Source: Longimicrobiales bacterium
Lineage (GTDB): Bacteria; Gemmatimonadota; Gemmatimonadetes; Longimicrobiales; Gaopeijiaceae
Direction: 5' to 3'
DNA: 64,000 nt
Assembly: GCA_965203485.1 (NCBI GenBank)
Contig: OZ241892.1
Span: forward strand, 1,408,001 to 1,472,000
This document shows positions 27,469 to 38,500 of this stretch, in pieces. Both the position numbers and the translations under genes were made by a program. The notes under the pieces are model-generated. The model saw only the letters and a list, made by a program, of their open reading frames with translations. It searched no databases and was not told the origin of the DNA. How positions within the stretch are numbered: the first letter of the stretch is position 1; every line of letters starts with the position of its first letter.

Positions 27469-29019
27469 TCAACTCCCCCTCCTTCGCTCGAGCGCGTGCG
27501 AAGCCCTTCGCCGAAGATTCAGCGGCGAAGACCCGATCGCTTCCGAGACTCCAAGCCACGCGGCCGCGTAGACGCCGACGATCACGAGCCCGTGCACGCG
27601 CGGGAACGCCGCGTCGGCGGCCAAGCCCGCCGCCACGCCCGCTCCCGTGGCCAGCAGCAGGCGTCCCGTGCCGGGCGTCCACAACGACATGCCGCCCAGC
27701 CTGCGGCGGAGTTGGGCCCTGAGCGTCGCGAGCTCCAACCAACGGGCCAGCGCGGAGCCCAGAGCCAAGCCCGCCGCGCCCAGCCCGTACGGTCCCACCC
27801 TGATCTCGTCGAACGGGAACATCAGGCCGACGCCGGCGAGGGCCGCCACGGCAACCGCGACCAACGCAGTCCGCGCCGGCGTGCGCGTGTCTCCCAGCCC
27901 GTGGAACGAGCCGGCCAGGACGCGCGACATTCCCGTGGCGGGCAAGCCCAGGCCGTACGCCGCCAGCACCCAGCCTGCCGCCGCGGCCTCGTCGGCACCG
28001 AACTCGCCTCCCCATGCGTAGACGGCCATGACCTCCTCGCGGAAGAAGACGAAGGCCGCAGCAGCCGCGGCGAGGCCGGCCAAGGCAGTCCGCACGGCCC
28101 TCTCGGACCGCTCTCGGACCGCATGCGGCCCCGCCGCCCGGTCGCGAGAGAGTTCGGGCAGCGCCGCCGCCGCGACCGCGTGGGCGAAGACGGCGATCGG
28201 CACCAAGTACAGCGTGGTCGCGTACCCCAGCAGCGCCACCGCGCCCGTCGCGAGAAGCGAGGCGAGCGCGGTCTCGACCAGTCCGCTCACGTTGACGGCT
28301 CCGCGCGCCGCGACCGCGGGCAGAAAGCCCGACACGACCGACCGCGTCTCCGGCGACAGGCGCCCCGTTCGCGGCGCGGCCCCGCGGAGATGCCGGACCG
28401 CATGGGGCAGATGGAAGAGGAACTGGAGAACGCCTCCGCCCAGGGCCCCCCAGCCCATTCCGATCATCAGGTCCACGCCGAGCAAGCCGCGGCCCGCCAG
28501 CGCGACGACGGTTGCGACGATTGCGAGGTTCCAGAGGGCCGGGGCCACGTAGGCCGTGAAGAAGCGTCCGTGGCTGTTGAGGATTCCCAAGGTCCAGGCG
28601 GACAGGATCAGCGCCGCCGACATCGGGAAGAATATCCGCAGCAGGTCCACCGAGGTGCGCGCGGTCGGCGCGTCGAAGCCCGGAAAGCAGACCGCCACCA
28701 GCCAGGGCGAAGCGACGTAGCCGGCGACGGCGAGCGCGCCCGCCGTCGCCGCCAGCAGGCCGAGCACCGAGCGGGCGACGCGAGCGGCGTCCTCCTCCCT
28801 GCCCTGTTGCAGCAAGCGGACGTAGACGGGCACGAAGGATGCGCTCAGTGTCCCCTCGCCCAGGAGACTCTGCAACGCGCCGGGAACGCGTGCCGCCGCC
28901 CTCCACGCGTCGGCCAACGCCCCGGCGCCGAAGTAGTACGCAAACACCTGGTCGCGGACCAGCCCGAGCGCCCGGCTGACGACGATGCCGGAGGCCACGC
29001 GCCGCGCCGCCAATGTCAA
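27469..29019 (-). CDS. murJ: Lipid II flippase MurJ
   Basis: SRALGLVRD, LLGEGTLSASFVPVY, LPELS, DTRTP. Multi-TM protein. Confidence 0.9.
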   Translation of the reverse strand: MTLAARRVASGIVVSRALGLVRDQVFAYYFGAGALADAWRAAARVPGALQSLLGEGTLSASFVPVYVRLLQQGREEDAARVARSVLGLLAATAGALAVAGYVASPWLVAVCFPGFDAPTARTSVDLLRIFFPMSAALILSAWTLGILNSHGRFFTAYVAPALWNLAIVATVVALAGRGLLGVDLMIGMGWGALGGGVLQFLFHLPHAVRHLRGAAPRTGRLSPETRSVVSGFLPAVAARGAVNVSGLVETALASLLATGAVALLGYATTLYLVPIAVFAHAVAAAALPELSRDRAAGPHAVRERSERAVRTALAGLAAAAAAFVFFREEVMAVYAWGGEFGADEAAAAGWVLAAYGLGLPATGMSRVLAGSFHGLGDTRTPARTALVAVAVAALAGVGLMFPFDEIRVGPYGLGAAGLALGSALARWLELATLRAQLRRRLGGMSLWTPGTGRLLLATGAGVAAGLAADAAFPRVHGLVIVGVYAAAWLGVSEAIGSSPLNLRRRASHALERRRGS

Positions 29020-29098
29020 GCCTCCGCAGGAACTTGCGGCATCCCCCCGCCGTCTGCGCGCAACGCCGTCCGCCGCGCTCCTTGTGCGCCGGCCCTCG

Positions 29099-29371
29099 TC
29101 ACGAGCGGCCGCGTCGCGGGTGGTCGTCGCCAGACCGCTCGGCGAGCAGCTTCTGGTAGAACCGGCTTTCCTCGTCGAGCCGCTCGACCTCGCGTCCCAA
29201 GCGCTCCACTTCCGCCTCCAGGGCCGTTACCCGCTCATGGCCCCCCTCTTCCCCGCCGCCCAGCCTCGGCCGCTCCAAGCGGCGCGCGATCGCCCGGCCG
29301 AACTGGGAGTCCAGGACGATGGCCAGGATCGGGATCAGCACGACCGCGACGATGATCACTTGCCAGAACAT
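29099..29371 (-). CDS. Small membrane-anchored coiled-coil protein
   Basis: N-terminal TM helix followed by heptad 'VTALEAEVERLGREVERLDEESRFYQKLL'. Confidence 0.7.
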   Translation of the reverse strand: MFWQVIIVAVVLIPILAIVLDSQFGRAIARRLERPRLGGGEEGGHERVTALEAEVERLGREVERLDEESRFYQKLLAERSGDDHPRRGRS

Positions 29372-29534
29372 GGAAGGAAGCTACGAAATCTCGGGAGAGG
29401 CGGTGGGGCGGCCGTTCCGTCCTGCTGGCCGGACATGCCCCTAAGCTTGACGCTCTCGCTTGGTCGACGAGATGGAAGAGGGCGTTCGGGCTTTCTGCGC
29501 CAGCCGTCTCACCAAAGACGTCGGTCGCGACGGA

Positions 29535-32500
29535 TCACCTGAACCGAACTGCGCCCTGCAGGCCGAGCCGACGGCCGGTAGGCTCGGCGCCGCCCGACAC
29601 CTGCTCGCCGAACAGGTCGAGCGTCGCCGCTTCCAGCACGGACAGCCGGACCCCCACGTTCAACCGGCGCGCCGAACCGCTCTCGGCCGCCCAGCGTCCA
29701 AACGGCGCCACGCGGCCCCCGTCCGCCAGGACGATCGCGTAGTCCATCTCCATCCGGAGACGGCCCGGGCTCGAGTTCGCGCGCCCGCCCGCAAGCGGCC
29801 CGCCCCCGGCTAGCGACGCGGACGATGCGCCCAGGGACGCGCCGGACGCGCCGCGCCCGATCCCGTCGCGCCACAGCATCGCCATGCCGCTCGCCGCGTT
29901 GCCCCAGGTCGGCTCGAGAGTGAACGACAAGCCTCCCGCTTCGCGACTCGGCCGCAGGCGGATCGCAACGCTCGCCCCCCACTCCCGGAACGACGATGCC
30001 TGGTGCGCCACCAGCGCGCGACCTCGCGCGTCCACGCTCAGCCCGATGCCGTCGTGCACGTAGCCGATCCCCGCGCCCGCCTCCGCGCCCGCGCCCGTCT
30101 CCGCGTCGCCGCCGTCGAAACGCGCGCCGACTTCGACCCGCGACGTGATCGCGGACCCGCTCGACAAGCTCCAGCGGCCCCCGACCTCCGACGCCAAGCG
30201 CAACCGCTGGACGTTGGCCACGACGCCCGCCAGCTCTCGAGCCTCGTCGGCGTCGGTGCGCACTGCGAAGGCATCCGCTTTGACGGCAAGCGCGCCGGTC
30301 AACCTCTGGCGGACGCCCGCCGCCGCCATCGCCATCCCGATGTTCGTTGCGAAGTCGCGGCCCGTTGCGTCCTCCGACAGCTCCGCCGTGCCCCGGCCCG
30401 CTCCGACCAGCCCCCACACGTTCAACCCGGCGCGCGGCGACCACTGCGCATAGGGATGCAGGCTGGTCAGGCGGGCGTCCACCGCGCCCGTGCCGTTGAT
30501 CCCGCTCTCGAAGCCGATCGAGCTGGTCGTCCGCGACAGCGCAAGGCCGACCAGAGGCCCCGCTCCGAACCGGTAGTCGGCGCCCAGGTAGGCCGAGCGG
30601 ACCGTGCCGTCGAGCACGAGGTCGTCTTCGGGCCGGCCCTTGAAGCCGCCGGCGCCGGCTTGGCCCCAGAACGTCCACCCGGCCGGCGACCTCTGCCTGT
30701 CGGCGCCTGGCGAAAACCGAAACGACGAACGCCCAAGCAGCTCTTCGCGCGACACGGGGTCCACGGTGACCAGCCGACCCCAGCCGGCGCGGCCGCCGGG
30801 CCGACGGGCAAACGGGACGCCGGGGCCGGTTGCCTTGCCGACCGTTGCGCCGAAGTCGGCCGCAGAGCCGAGGCTCGTCGTCGCGCCGATCTCGGCTGGT
30901 TGTCCGAAGGGGCCGGCCAGCCCGCGCAACGCGTCCGCGTCGTGGCTTCCGTTCGCGGCGGCCCAAAGCGCCGACGCCAAGCCGCCCGCGCCCTGCGACA
31001 TCCGCAAGCCGAGCACCCCGGTAGCCTGCCGGGCCAGCTCCCGCAAGTCGCAGCGTTCGCCCGCGCCCACGCACGAAAGCGTCCGGCCGCCGACTTGGAG
31101 CTGCGCTTCGCCCGTTGCGCCGGGATTGTCGTCCGCCGCCCCCAGTCGCCCGCCGATCGCTTCCACCGCCCCCGTCCCCACGGCCCGGCCGAAGGCGGCC
31201 AGCGAACGCTTCATGATCCGGGCGCGGTCCGTACGCGACGCCTCGACCGTCACCATGAAGCTCTGCTCGGCTTCCGCCCCGTCCGGGTCGGCCGCCCGCA
31301 CCGTCACAAGCGACTCGCCCACAGCCAGCGGATCGACCGTTAGCGCGCTGCCCGCCACATCCGCCCGCACTGAGCGCGGCGCTGCCGAGACGGAGAAGTA
31401 GCGGAGCTCGTCGCCGTCCGGGTCGCGGAAGTGCTCCGACAGGTCGACGACGGCCGCCGGGCTGGCCACCTCCATCGTCATGGGCGCGATGGCCGACGCG
31501 ACTTCCGGCGCTCGATTCTCCTCCGGCTCGGCGTCGCCCGCCGTCCGGCTCCCGTCCACCTTGTGCGCCGCGCTCGCCGGCACCGAGTCGTGCGTCAGAA
31601 CAGCGGCCGTCGTGCCGCCGGGCGCGGTGATCGTGCCGCCGTTCAGCTCGAGCGCGTTGGCCGCGACGCTGAGGCCGTCCGCGTCCCGGTCCGTCGCCTG
31701 CACGACGTACTCGAAGCCGTGGTGCGTCCGCGTGCGCGGCGGGCCCAGGTACGTCGCGTAGCGCGTCGAGTCCCCCACTTGCAACGCGAGCCGCGGCCGC
31801 CCCCCGACCGTGTCCAGCGCCGCATCGCGGTCGAATGCAACCGTCACCAAGACCAGGTCGCCGCGCAGATACGTGTCGCCGCTCGCAGGAGCGTCGACGT
31901 CGAACCCCATCCAGCGCACGCGCGGCGCATCCAATCGGCCGCCGTCCACCTTGTACGCCGAGTCCGCGCGCACCGCCGCGTGCGACAGCTCCGCCGCGAC
32001 CGTGTCGTCCGGCGCGGTGATCGAGCCGCCGTTCAGCTCGAGCGCGTTCGCCGCGATCTCGATGCCGTCCGCGTCCCGGTCTCCCGCCTGCACCACGTAC
32101 TCGAACCCCAGTCGCGACGGCAACTCCAACATGGTGAATCCGTACGTCGCGTATCGCGTCGAATCGCCCACGCCGAGCGCGATCCGTGGCCGGCCCCCCA
32201 CCGTGTCCACGGCTACGTTCCGGTCGAAGTCCACGTACACGTAGAACACTTCGTCGCGGGTGTACGTGCTGTCGGCGGACGGCGGCGGACCAATCCACGT
32301 TGCCTTCACCTTCGCCGCTCCCACTTGCCGCCCGTCCACCTTGTGCGCCGCGCTCGTCGGCACCGAGTCGTGCGTCAGAACAGCGGCCGTCGTGCCGCCG
32401 GGCGCGGTGATCGTGCCGCCGTTCAGCTCGAGCGCGTTGGCCGCGACGCTGAGGCCGTCCGCGTCCCGGTCCGTCGCCTGCACGACGTACTCGAAGCCGT

Positions 32501-35500
32501 GGTGCGTCCGCGTGCGCGGCGGGCCCAGGTACGTCGCGTAGCGCGTCGAGTCCCCCACTTGCAACGCGAGCCGCGGCCGCCCCCCGACCGTGTCCAGCGC
32601 CGCATCGCGGTCGAATGCAACCGTCACCAAGACCAGGTCGCCGCGCAGATACGTGTCGCCGCTCGCAGGAGCGTCGACGTCGAACCCCATCCAGCGCACG
32701 CGCGGCGCATCCAATCGGCCGCCGTCCACCTTGTACGCCGAGTCCGCGCGCACCGCCGCGTGCGACAGCTCCGCCGCGACCGTGTCGTCCGGCGCGGTGA
32801 TCGAGCCGCCGTTCAGCTCGAGCGCGTTCGCCGCGATCTCGATGCCGTCCGCGTCCCGGTCTCCCGCCTGCACCACGTACTCGAACCCCAGTCGCGACGG
32901 CAACTCCGTCAAGGTGAACCGGTACGTCGCGTGCCGCGTCGAATCGCCCACGCCGAGCGCGATCCGTGGCCGGCCCCCCGTCGTGTCCACAGCTACGTTC
33001 CGGTCGAAGTCCACGTACACGTAGAACACTTCGTCGCGGGTGTACGTGCTGTCGGCGGACGGCGGCGGACCAATCCACGTTGCCTTCACCCTCGCCGCTC
33101 CCACTTGCCGCCCGTCCACCTTGTGCGACGGGCTCGCCGGCACAGAATCGTGTGTCATAACAGCTACGACGCTCGTGTCCGCAACCGAGCGGATCGTCGC
33201 ACCGCTCGGCAGCGACAACGTGTTCGCCGACACGCTGATGCCGTCCTCGTCCAGGTCTCCGGGCTGGACCTCATGCTCGAAGAGCAACCCTCGGCTTCTG
33301 TAGCCGACCGCCGCCAGCTGACGCGTCCCCGTTCCCAGGTTCAACGTCAGCTCCGGTGTGCCCGTCACTGCCACGCCCGCGGAGTACGACACGCCGATGT
33401 AAATCCGCTCGTGCCGCGTGAACGTGCTCCCGTTCGCGGGCGAGCCCTGAAAGTACACGACCGGCCGTGGCGCCGGAGTCAGTCTCCCGTTCACCCTCCG
33501 GTTGCTGTCGGCCCGCACCCCGTCGTGGTCCAGCCGCGCGTTCGTCACGCCGTCCGCCGCCGCCCGCAACGAGCCTCCGCTCAGCGTCAGCACCCCCTTC
33601 GGTATCCGCAGGCCGTCCGTGTCCACCGCGTCGCGAGTCACGGTGTAGTAGAACGCCACCGCGCTGTCCGCCATCCGCAAGCGCGAGTGCGACCCCAGCC
33701 GCAACGTGTCCGTGCCCACTTCGATCGACAGAAGCGCCTGCTGCTCCAACACCATCTCTTGATCGAAGCGCGCCAGAACCCATATCCGTTCGTCGTACCC
33801 GTACACACCCTGCGGCGGGGGCGGCGGGGCCCTAGGCGGCCGATAGAACTCCAGGGCCGTGATCCGCGGCCGGCCATCCACCTTCCTCGTCGGATCGGCC
33901 GCCAACGCGTCGTGCGTCAGGTTCGCCGCCACGGCGCTGTCCGCCTCGGCCTTGATCGCGCCGCCGTTCAGACCGAGTGCGTTCGCATCGACGCCTGCCC
34001 CATCCGCGTCCATGTCCGCCGACTGCACGCGATATGCGAACATCAGCGTCGTGGCGGTGCTCGCAGAAGGCGCGAATGCCGCGTGCCGTCGCTGCGCTCC
34101 CACCGCAAGCGCGAGCCGAGGACTCCCGCGTGCCGTGTCCACCACCACGCTCCGGTCGAAGACGACCTCTACACGCAACTCGGTGTCGTAGTAATACGTG
34201 CCGCCGTAGGGCGCCGAACCCACAAACGCGACGCTTCGGACCGCAGGTGCCCTCACCTTGCTTCCGTCCACCGTCCGCGCAACGCTCGCCTTCACCAACG
34301 GATGCGTCACGTCGGCGTCGCGCCCGGACGCGGCCCCGGTTCCCCTTATCGTCGCACCGTTCAGCGCCAGCGCGTTGGCCGCGATGCTCACGCCGTCCGC
34401 GTCCCGGTCCGTCGCCTGCACCACGTACGCGAACTCCAACGCCTTGCCGTTGCTTGCCGAGAACATCGCTTGTCGGGTCACCGTGCCGATCGTCAGCGCC
34501 ACTTGCGGGCTTCCGCCCGTCGCGATCACCGCAACGGAGTCGTCGAACCCCACCCGCACCGCGATTGTGTCGCCCCGCCAGTAAACGCTGTCCTTCGGTG
34601 CGGTGCCGAACGCGATTCCTTCGACCTTCGGCGGGCGGCCCCGGCGGCCGTTCACCTTGCGGGTCGAGTCGGCCGCAATGGCCCCGTGGGCAAGCGCCGC
34701 GTGGGTGGCGGTGTCGGCGTCGTGCGTGATCGCCCCCCCGTTCAAGCTCAGGGCGTTGGCCGCGATGCTCGCGCCTGCTGGAGCGACGTCGCCGGCCTGC
34801 ACGGTGTAGGAGAACGTCAGCCGCGTTCGCCTGCCCGCCCTGGTCAGCGTCGCCTGCCGCGTGTGCGCGCCGATGGTCAACGCCAGCGTTGGCGTCCCGC
34901 CCGTCGTGGTCACCAGCACGCGGTGACTGACAGCAACAGTGGCTTCGATCTTCTCGCCATAGCCGTACGTGTCGCCGCTGGCCGGCGAGTTGCTGAACGT
35001 CACGCCGCGCACTTCCGGCGGCCGGTACTTGCCGCCGTCCACCTTGCGCGACGCGCCGCCCGTCGCCGAGTCGTGGGCAACGTTCGCGTGCGCCGAAGTG
35101 TCGTTCTGCGCCGTGATCCTCGCGCCGTTCAGCGCCAACCCGTTCGCCGGAACGCTCACGCCGTCGCTGTCGAAGTCGCCGGCCTGCACGCGGTAGCTGA
35201 AGCCCAGGTAGTTCTGCCGCGAAGAATTGTACGCGGCCCGCCGAGTCGTCGTGCCGATCGTCAGGTCCAGGTACGGCTTGCCACCCACCGTGTTTACCGT
35301 CACATGCTGCGTGAAGAACACGCGCACTCGCACTACTTCGTCCCGATAATACGTGCTGTCGCTCGTTGCCAAACCGCGGAAGTTGAACCGTTGCACCGAC
35401 AGAGCCGACGACTGGGCACCAACCGCGGGTCCTGTCGGCAAGCCGCTGTCTGCGTCGGTTTCCGAAAGCGTTTCTTGCTTCGGTTCGCCGTCCTCGTCGT

Positions 35501-38500
35501 CGACTGTGGACGGCGCCTCGCTCCCTGCGTCGTCCGTTGCAAGCGGGTCCCCGTCCGCTTCCGGTCCGTCGGGGCGATCAAGAAAGCAGTTGTCGGCCAA
35601 CTCGACCTGGGCCGTGAAGCTCAAGGTCGCCGAATCCCCGTCTTCGTCGGTCGCTGTGTAGCGGTAAGTGGAGACCGGTTGCTCCTGCCTGGGCGTGCCC
35701 GCAATCGTGCGACGCTCGGCGTCGAATTTCATTCCCGAAGGCAAGGCGGGGGCCAGCCCGTACGTCAGAGGCGGGTTGCCGCCCTCGGCCGGAGGCAACT
35801 GCAACGTTCGTATCTCGCAGGCTCGGAACCAGCGTTGCGCCGACACCAACGCGTCGCCGAACGAGGGAACCAAGTCGTCGCCGTCGTCGTCTCGGATACT
35901 GCCGGTGATCAATGCCTCGGAGACCGCGAGCACCGTCGAATCGGGGGACGACAGCCTGAGGACCACCGTCTCGTCGAGTTCCTGGAGCGTGTCCCCTAGG
36001 ATCATCACGTCGACCGACTTTCGGAGCTCCCCCGGCTCGAAGAAGAGCGTGTCCGGCGAGACTTCCTCGTAGTCGGCGCCAGACGTCGCGGTTCCCGTGC
36101 CCGCGTCGGCGTAGTGCAGCGCCAAGCCGCGGCCGCTGGGGCGGTCCAACGCTAGCGTGAACGTCAGACGCCGACCGCCGCTGTTGCCCTCCTCGACCGA
36201 AGGCGACTCGGCCGAAAGCGTCGGCGCGTCGTCGTCGTCCTCGATCGTGCCAACACCGGCCGCATAGCCGTTCGGAAGGTCGGCGTTGACCGGGTTGGCC
36301 AGCGCAAGCACGATTGTCTCGGCTGGCTCGTCCAGCGCGTCGCCCCGGACCGTCACCTCCAGCGCCTGGGTCGTGTCCCCCGGCGCGAACACCACACTGC
36401 CGGGCGTCACCGCGTCGTAGTCGGTACCGGGCGTGGCCGTGCCGGTTCCTGCGTCCCTGTACCGGACCGTCACCTGTCTGGCCGCCGGCGCGCTGAGCGA
36501 CATCGCGAAGGAGAGGGCAACCGTCTCTCCAGGCCCGGGCTCGTGGACGGCGAGGGAGTCGATCGAGACGCGCGGCCGGGAGCCGTCGTCGTCTCTGATC
36601 GTGCCCTTGACCGTCCGAGTCGCGAGCTCCGCGCCGGTCGCGCCGCTCAACGCCAGCACGACCGTCTCGTCGTCCTCGACCGCGTCGTCGCCCCGCACGG
36701 TCACCCGCACCGTCTTCAGCGTCTCGCCCGGTTCGAACGTCAGCGTCCCGCCCTCGACCGCCGCGTAGTCCACCCCCGAAGTCGCTGTCCCGCTCCCCGC
36801 GTCCGCGTACTCCACCGTCACGCGTGACGACGACGGCGGCCCAAGCCACACATCGAACTCCAACTCCGTCTCCGTCCCTGCGCCGCCCTCGGCCACGCTC
36901 GCCCCGCCCGCCGACAGCGTCGGACCCTGCGGCCGAGCCCGGCTACCGTCCACCTTGCGCGACAGCCCGCCCTCCGCCGCGCCGTGCGCAGGGTCCGCGA
37001 CGACCGCCGGATTGTCCTTCGCCGTCACCAACGCGCCGTTCAGCGCCAAGCCGTTCGCCGGAACGCTCACGCCGTCGCCGTCGAAGTCGCCCGCCTGCAC
37101 ACGGTAGCTGAAGCCCAGGTAGTTTTGCCGCGACGAGTTGTACCGAGCGCGCCGCGTCGCCGTGCCAACCCTCAGGTCCAGGTACGGCTCGCCGCCCGAC
37201 GCGTCTACCGCGACGTGCTGCGTGAAGAACACCCGCACGCGCACCACTTCGTTCAGGTAGTACGTGCTGTCGCCGGCCCCCAGGCCCCGGAAGTTGAACC
37301 GCTTAACCGTCAGCGCCGGCGGCGCCTCGTCGTCGTCTCTGATCGTGCCCTTGACCGTCCGAGTCGCGAGCTCCGCGCCGGTCGCGCCGCTCAACGCCAG
37401 CACGACCGTCTCGTCGTCCTCGACCGCGTCGTCGCCCCGCACGGTCACCCGCACCGTCTTCAGCGTCTCGCCCGGTTCGAACGTCAGCGTCCCGCCCTCG
37501 ACCGCCGCGTAGTCCACCCCCGAAGTCGCTGTCCCGCTCCCCGCGTCCGCGTACTCCACCGTCACGCGTGACGACGACGGCGGCCCAAGCCACACATCGA
37601 ACTCCAACTCCGTCTCCGTCCCTGCGCCGCCCTCGGCCACGCTCGCCCCGCCCGCCGACAGCGTCGGACCCTGCGGCCGAGCCCGGCTACCGTCCACCTT
37701 GCGCGACAGCCCGCCCTCCGCCGCGCCGTGCGCAGGGTCCGCGACGACCGCCGGATTGTCCTTCGCCGTCACCAACGCGCCGTTCAGCGCCAAGCCGTTC
37801 GCCGGAACGCTCACGCCGTCGCCGTCGAAGTCGCCCGCCTGCACACGGTAGCTGAAGCCCAGGTAGTTCTGCCGCGACGAGTTGTACCGAGCGCGCCGCG
37901 TCGCCGTGCCAACCCTCAGGTCCAGGTACGGCTCGCCGCCCGACGCGTCCACCGCGACGTGCTGCGTGAAGAACACCCGCACGCGCACCACTTCGTTCAA
38001 GTAGTACGTGCTGTCGCCGGCCCCCAGGCCCCGGAAGTTGAACCGCTGAACCGTCAGCGCCGGCGGCGCGGCCTCGTCGTCGTCTCTGATCGTGCCCGCG
38101 ACCGTCCGAGTCGCGAGCTCCGCGCCGGTCGCGCCGCTCAACGCCAGCACGACCGTCTCGTCGTCCTCGACCGCGTCGTCGCCCCGAACCTTCACCCACA
38201 CCGTCCGCAACGTGTCGCCCGGCTCGAACGTCAGCGTCCCGCCATCGACCGCCGCGTAGTCCACCCCCGAAGTCGCCGTCCCGCTCCCCGCGTCCGCGTA
38301 CTCCACCGTCACCCGCGCCGCAGCCGCCGGCGACAGCCGCACCGCGAACCCCAGGTCCGTCTCCGTCCCCGCGCCGCCCTCCGCCACGCTCGCCCCGACC
38401 GCCGACAGCGTCGGACCCTGCGGCCGCGCCCGGCTGCCGTCCACCCTGTGCGCCGCGCCGCCCTCGACCCCGGCGTGCGCCGTCTCCGCCCGGACCGAAG

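Noticed and set aside
25616..28906. Apparent 1096-aa UvrC, and similarly extended ORF-track versions of LpxK, ClpC, BshC, Der, LysS and GGT
   Set aside because: The N-terminal parts are off-frame read-through of the upstream real gene. True starts lie at or near the junction with the neighbouring gene.
32101..32945. Clustered differences between the 780-bp repeats as a DGR template/variable repeat pair
   Set aside because: The substitutions are not adenine-specific (they include C/T and C/G), both copies are coding, and no reverse transcriptase is in the window.
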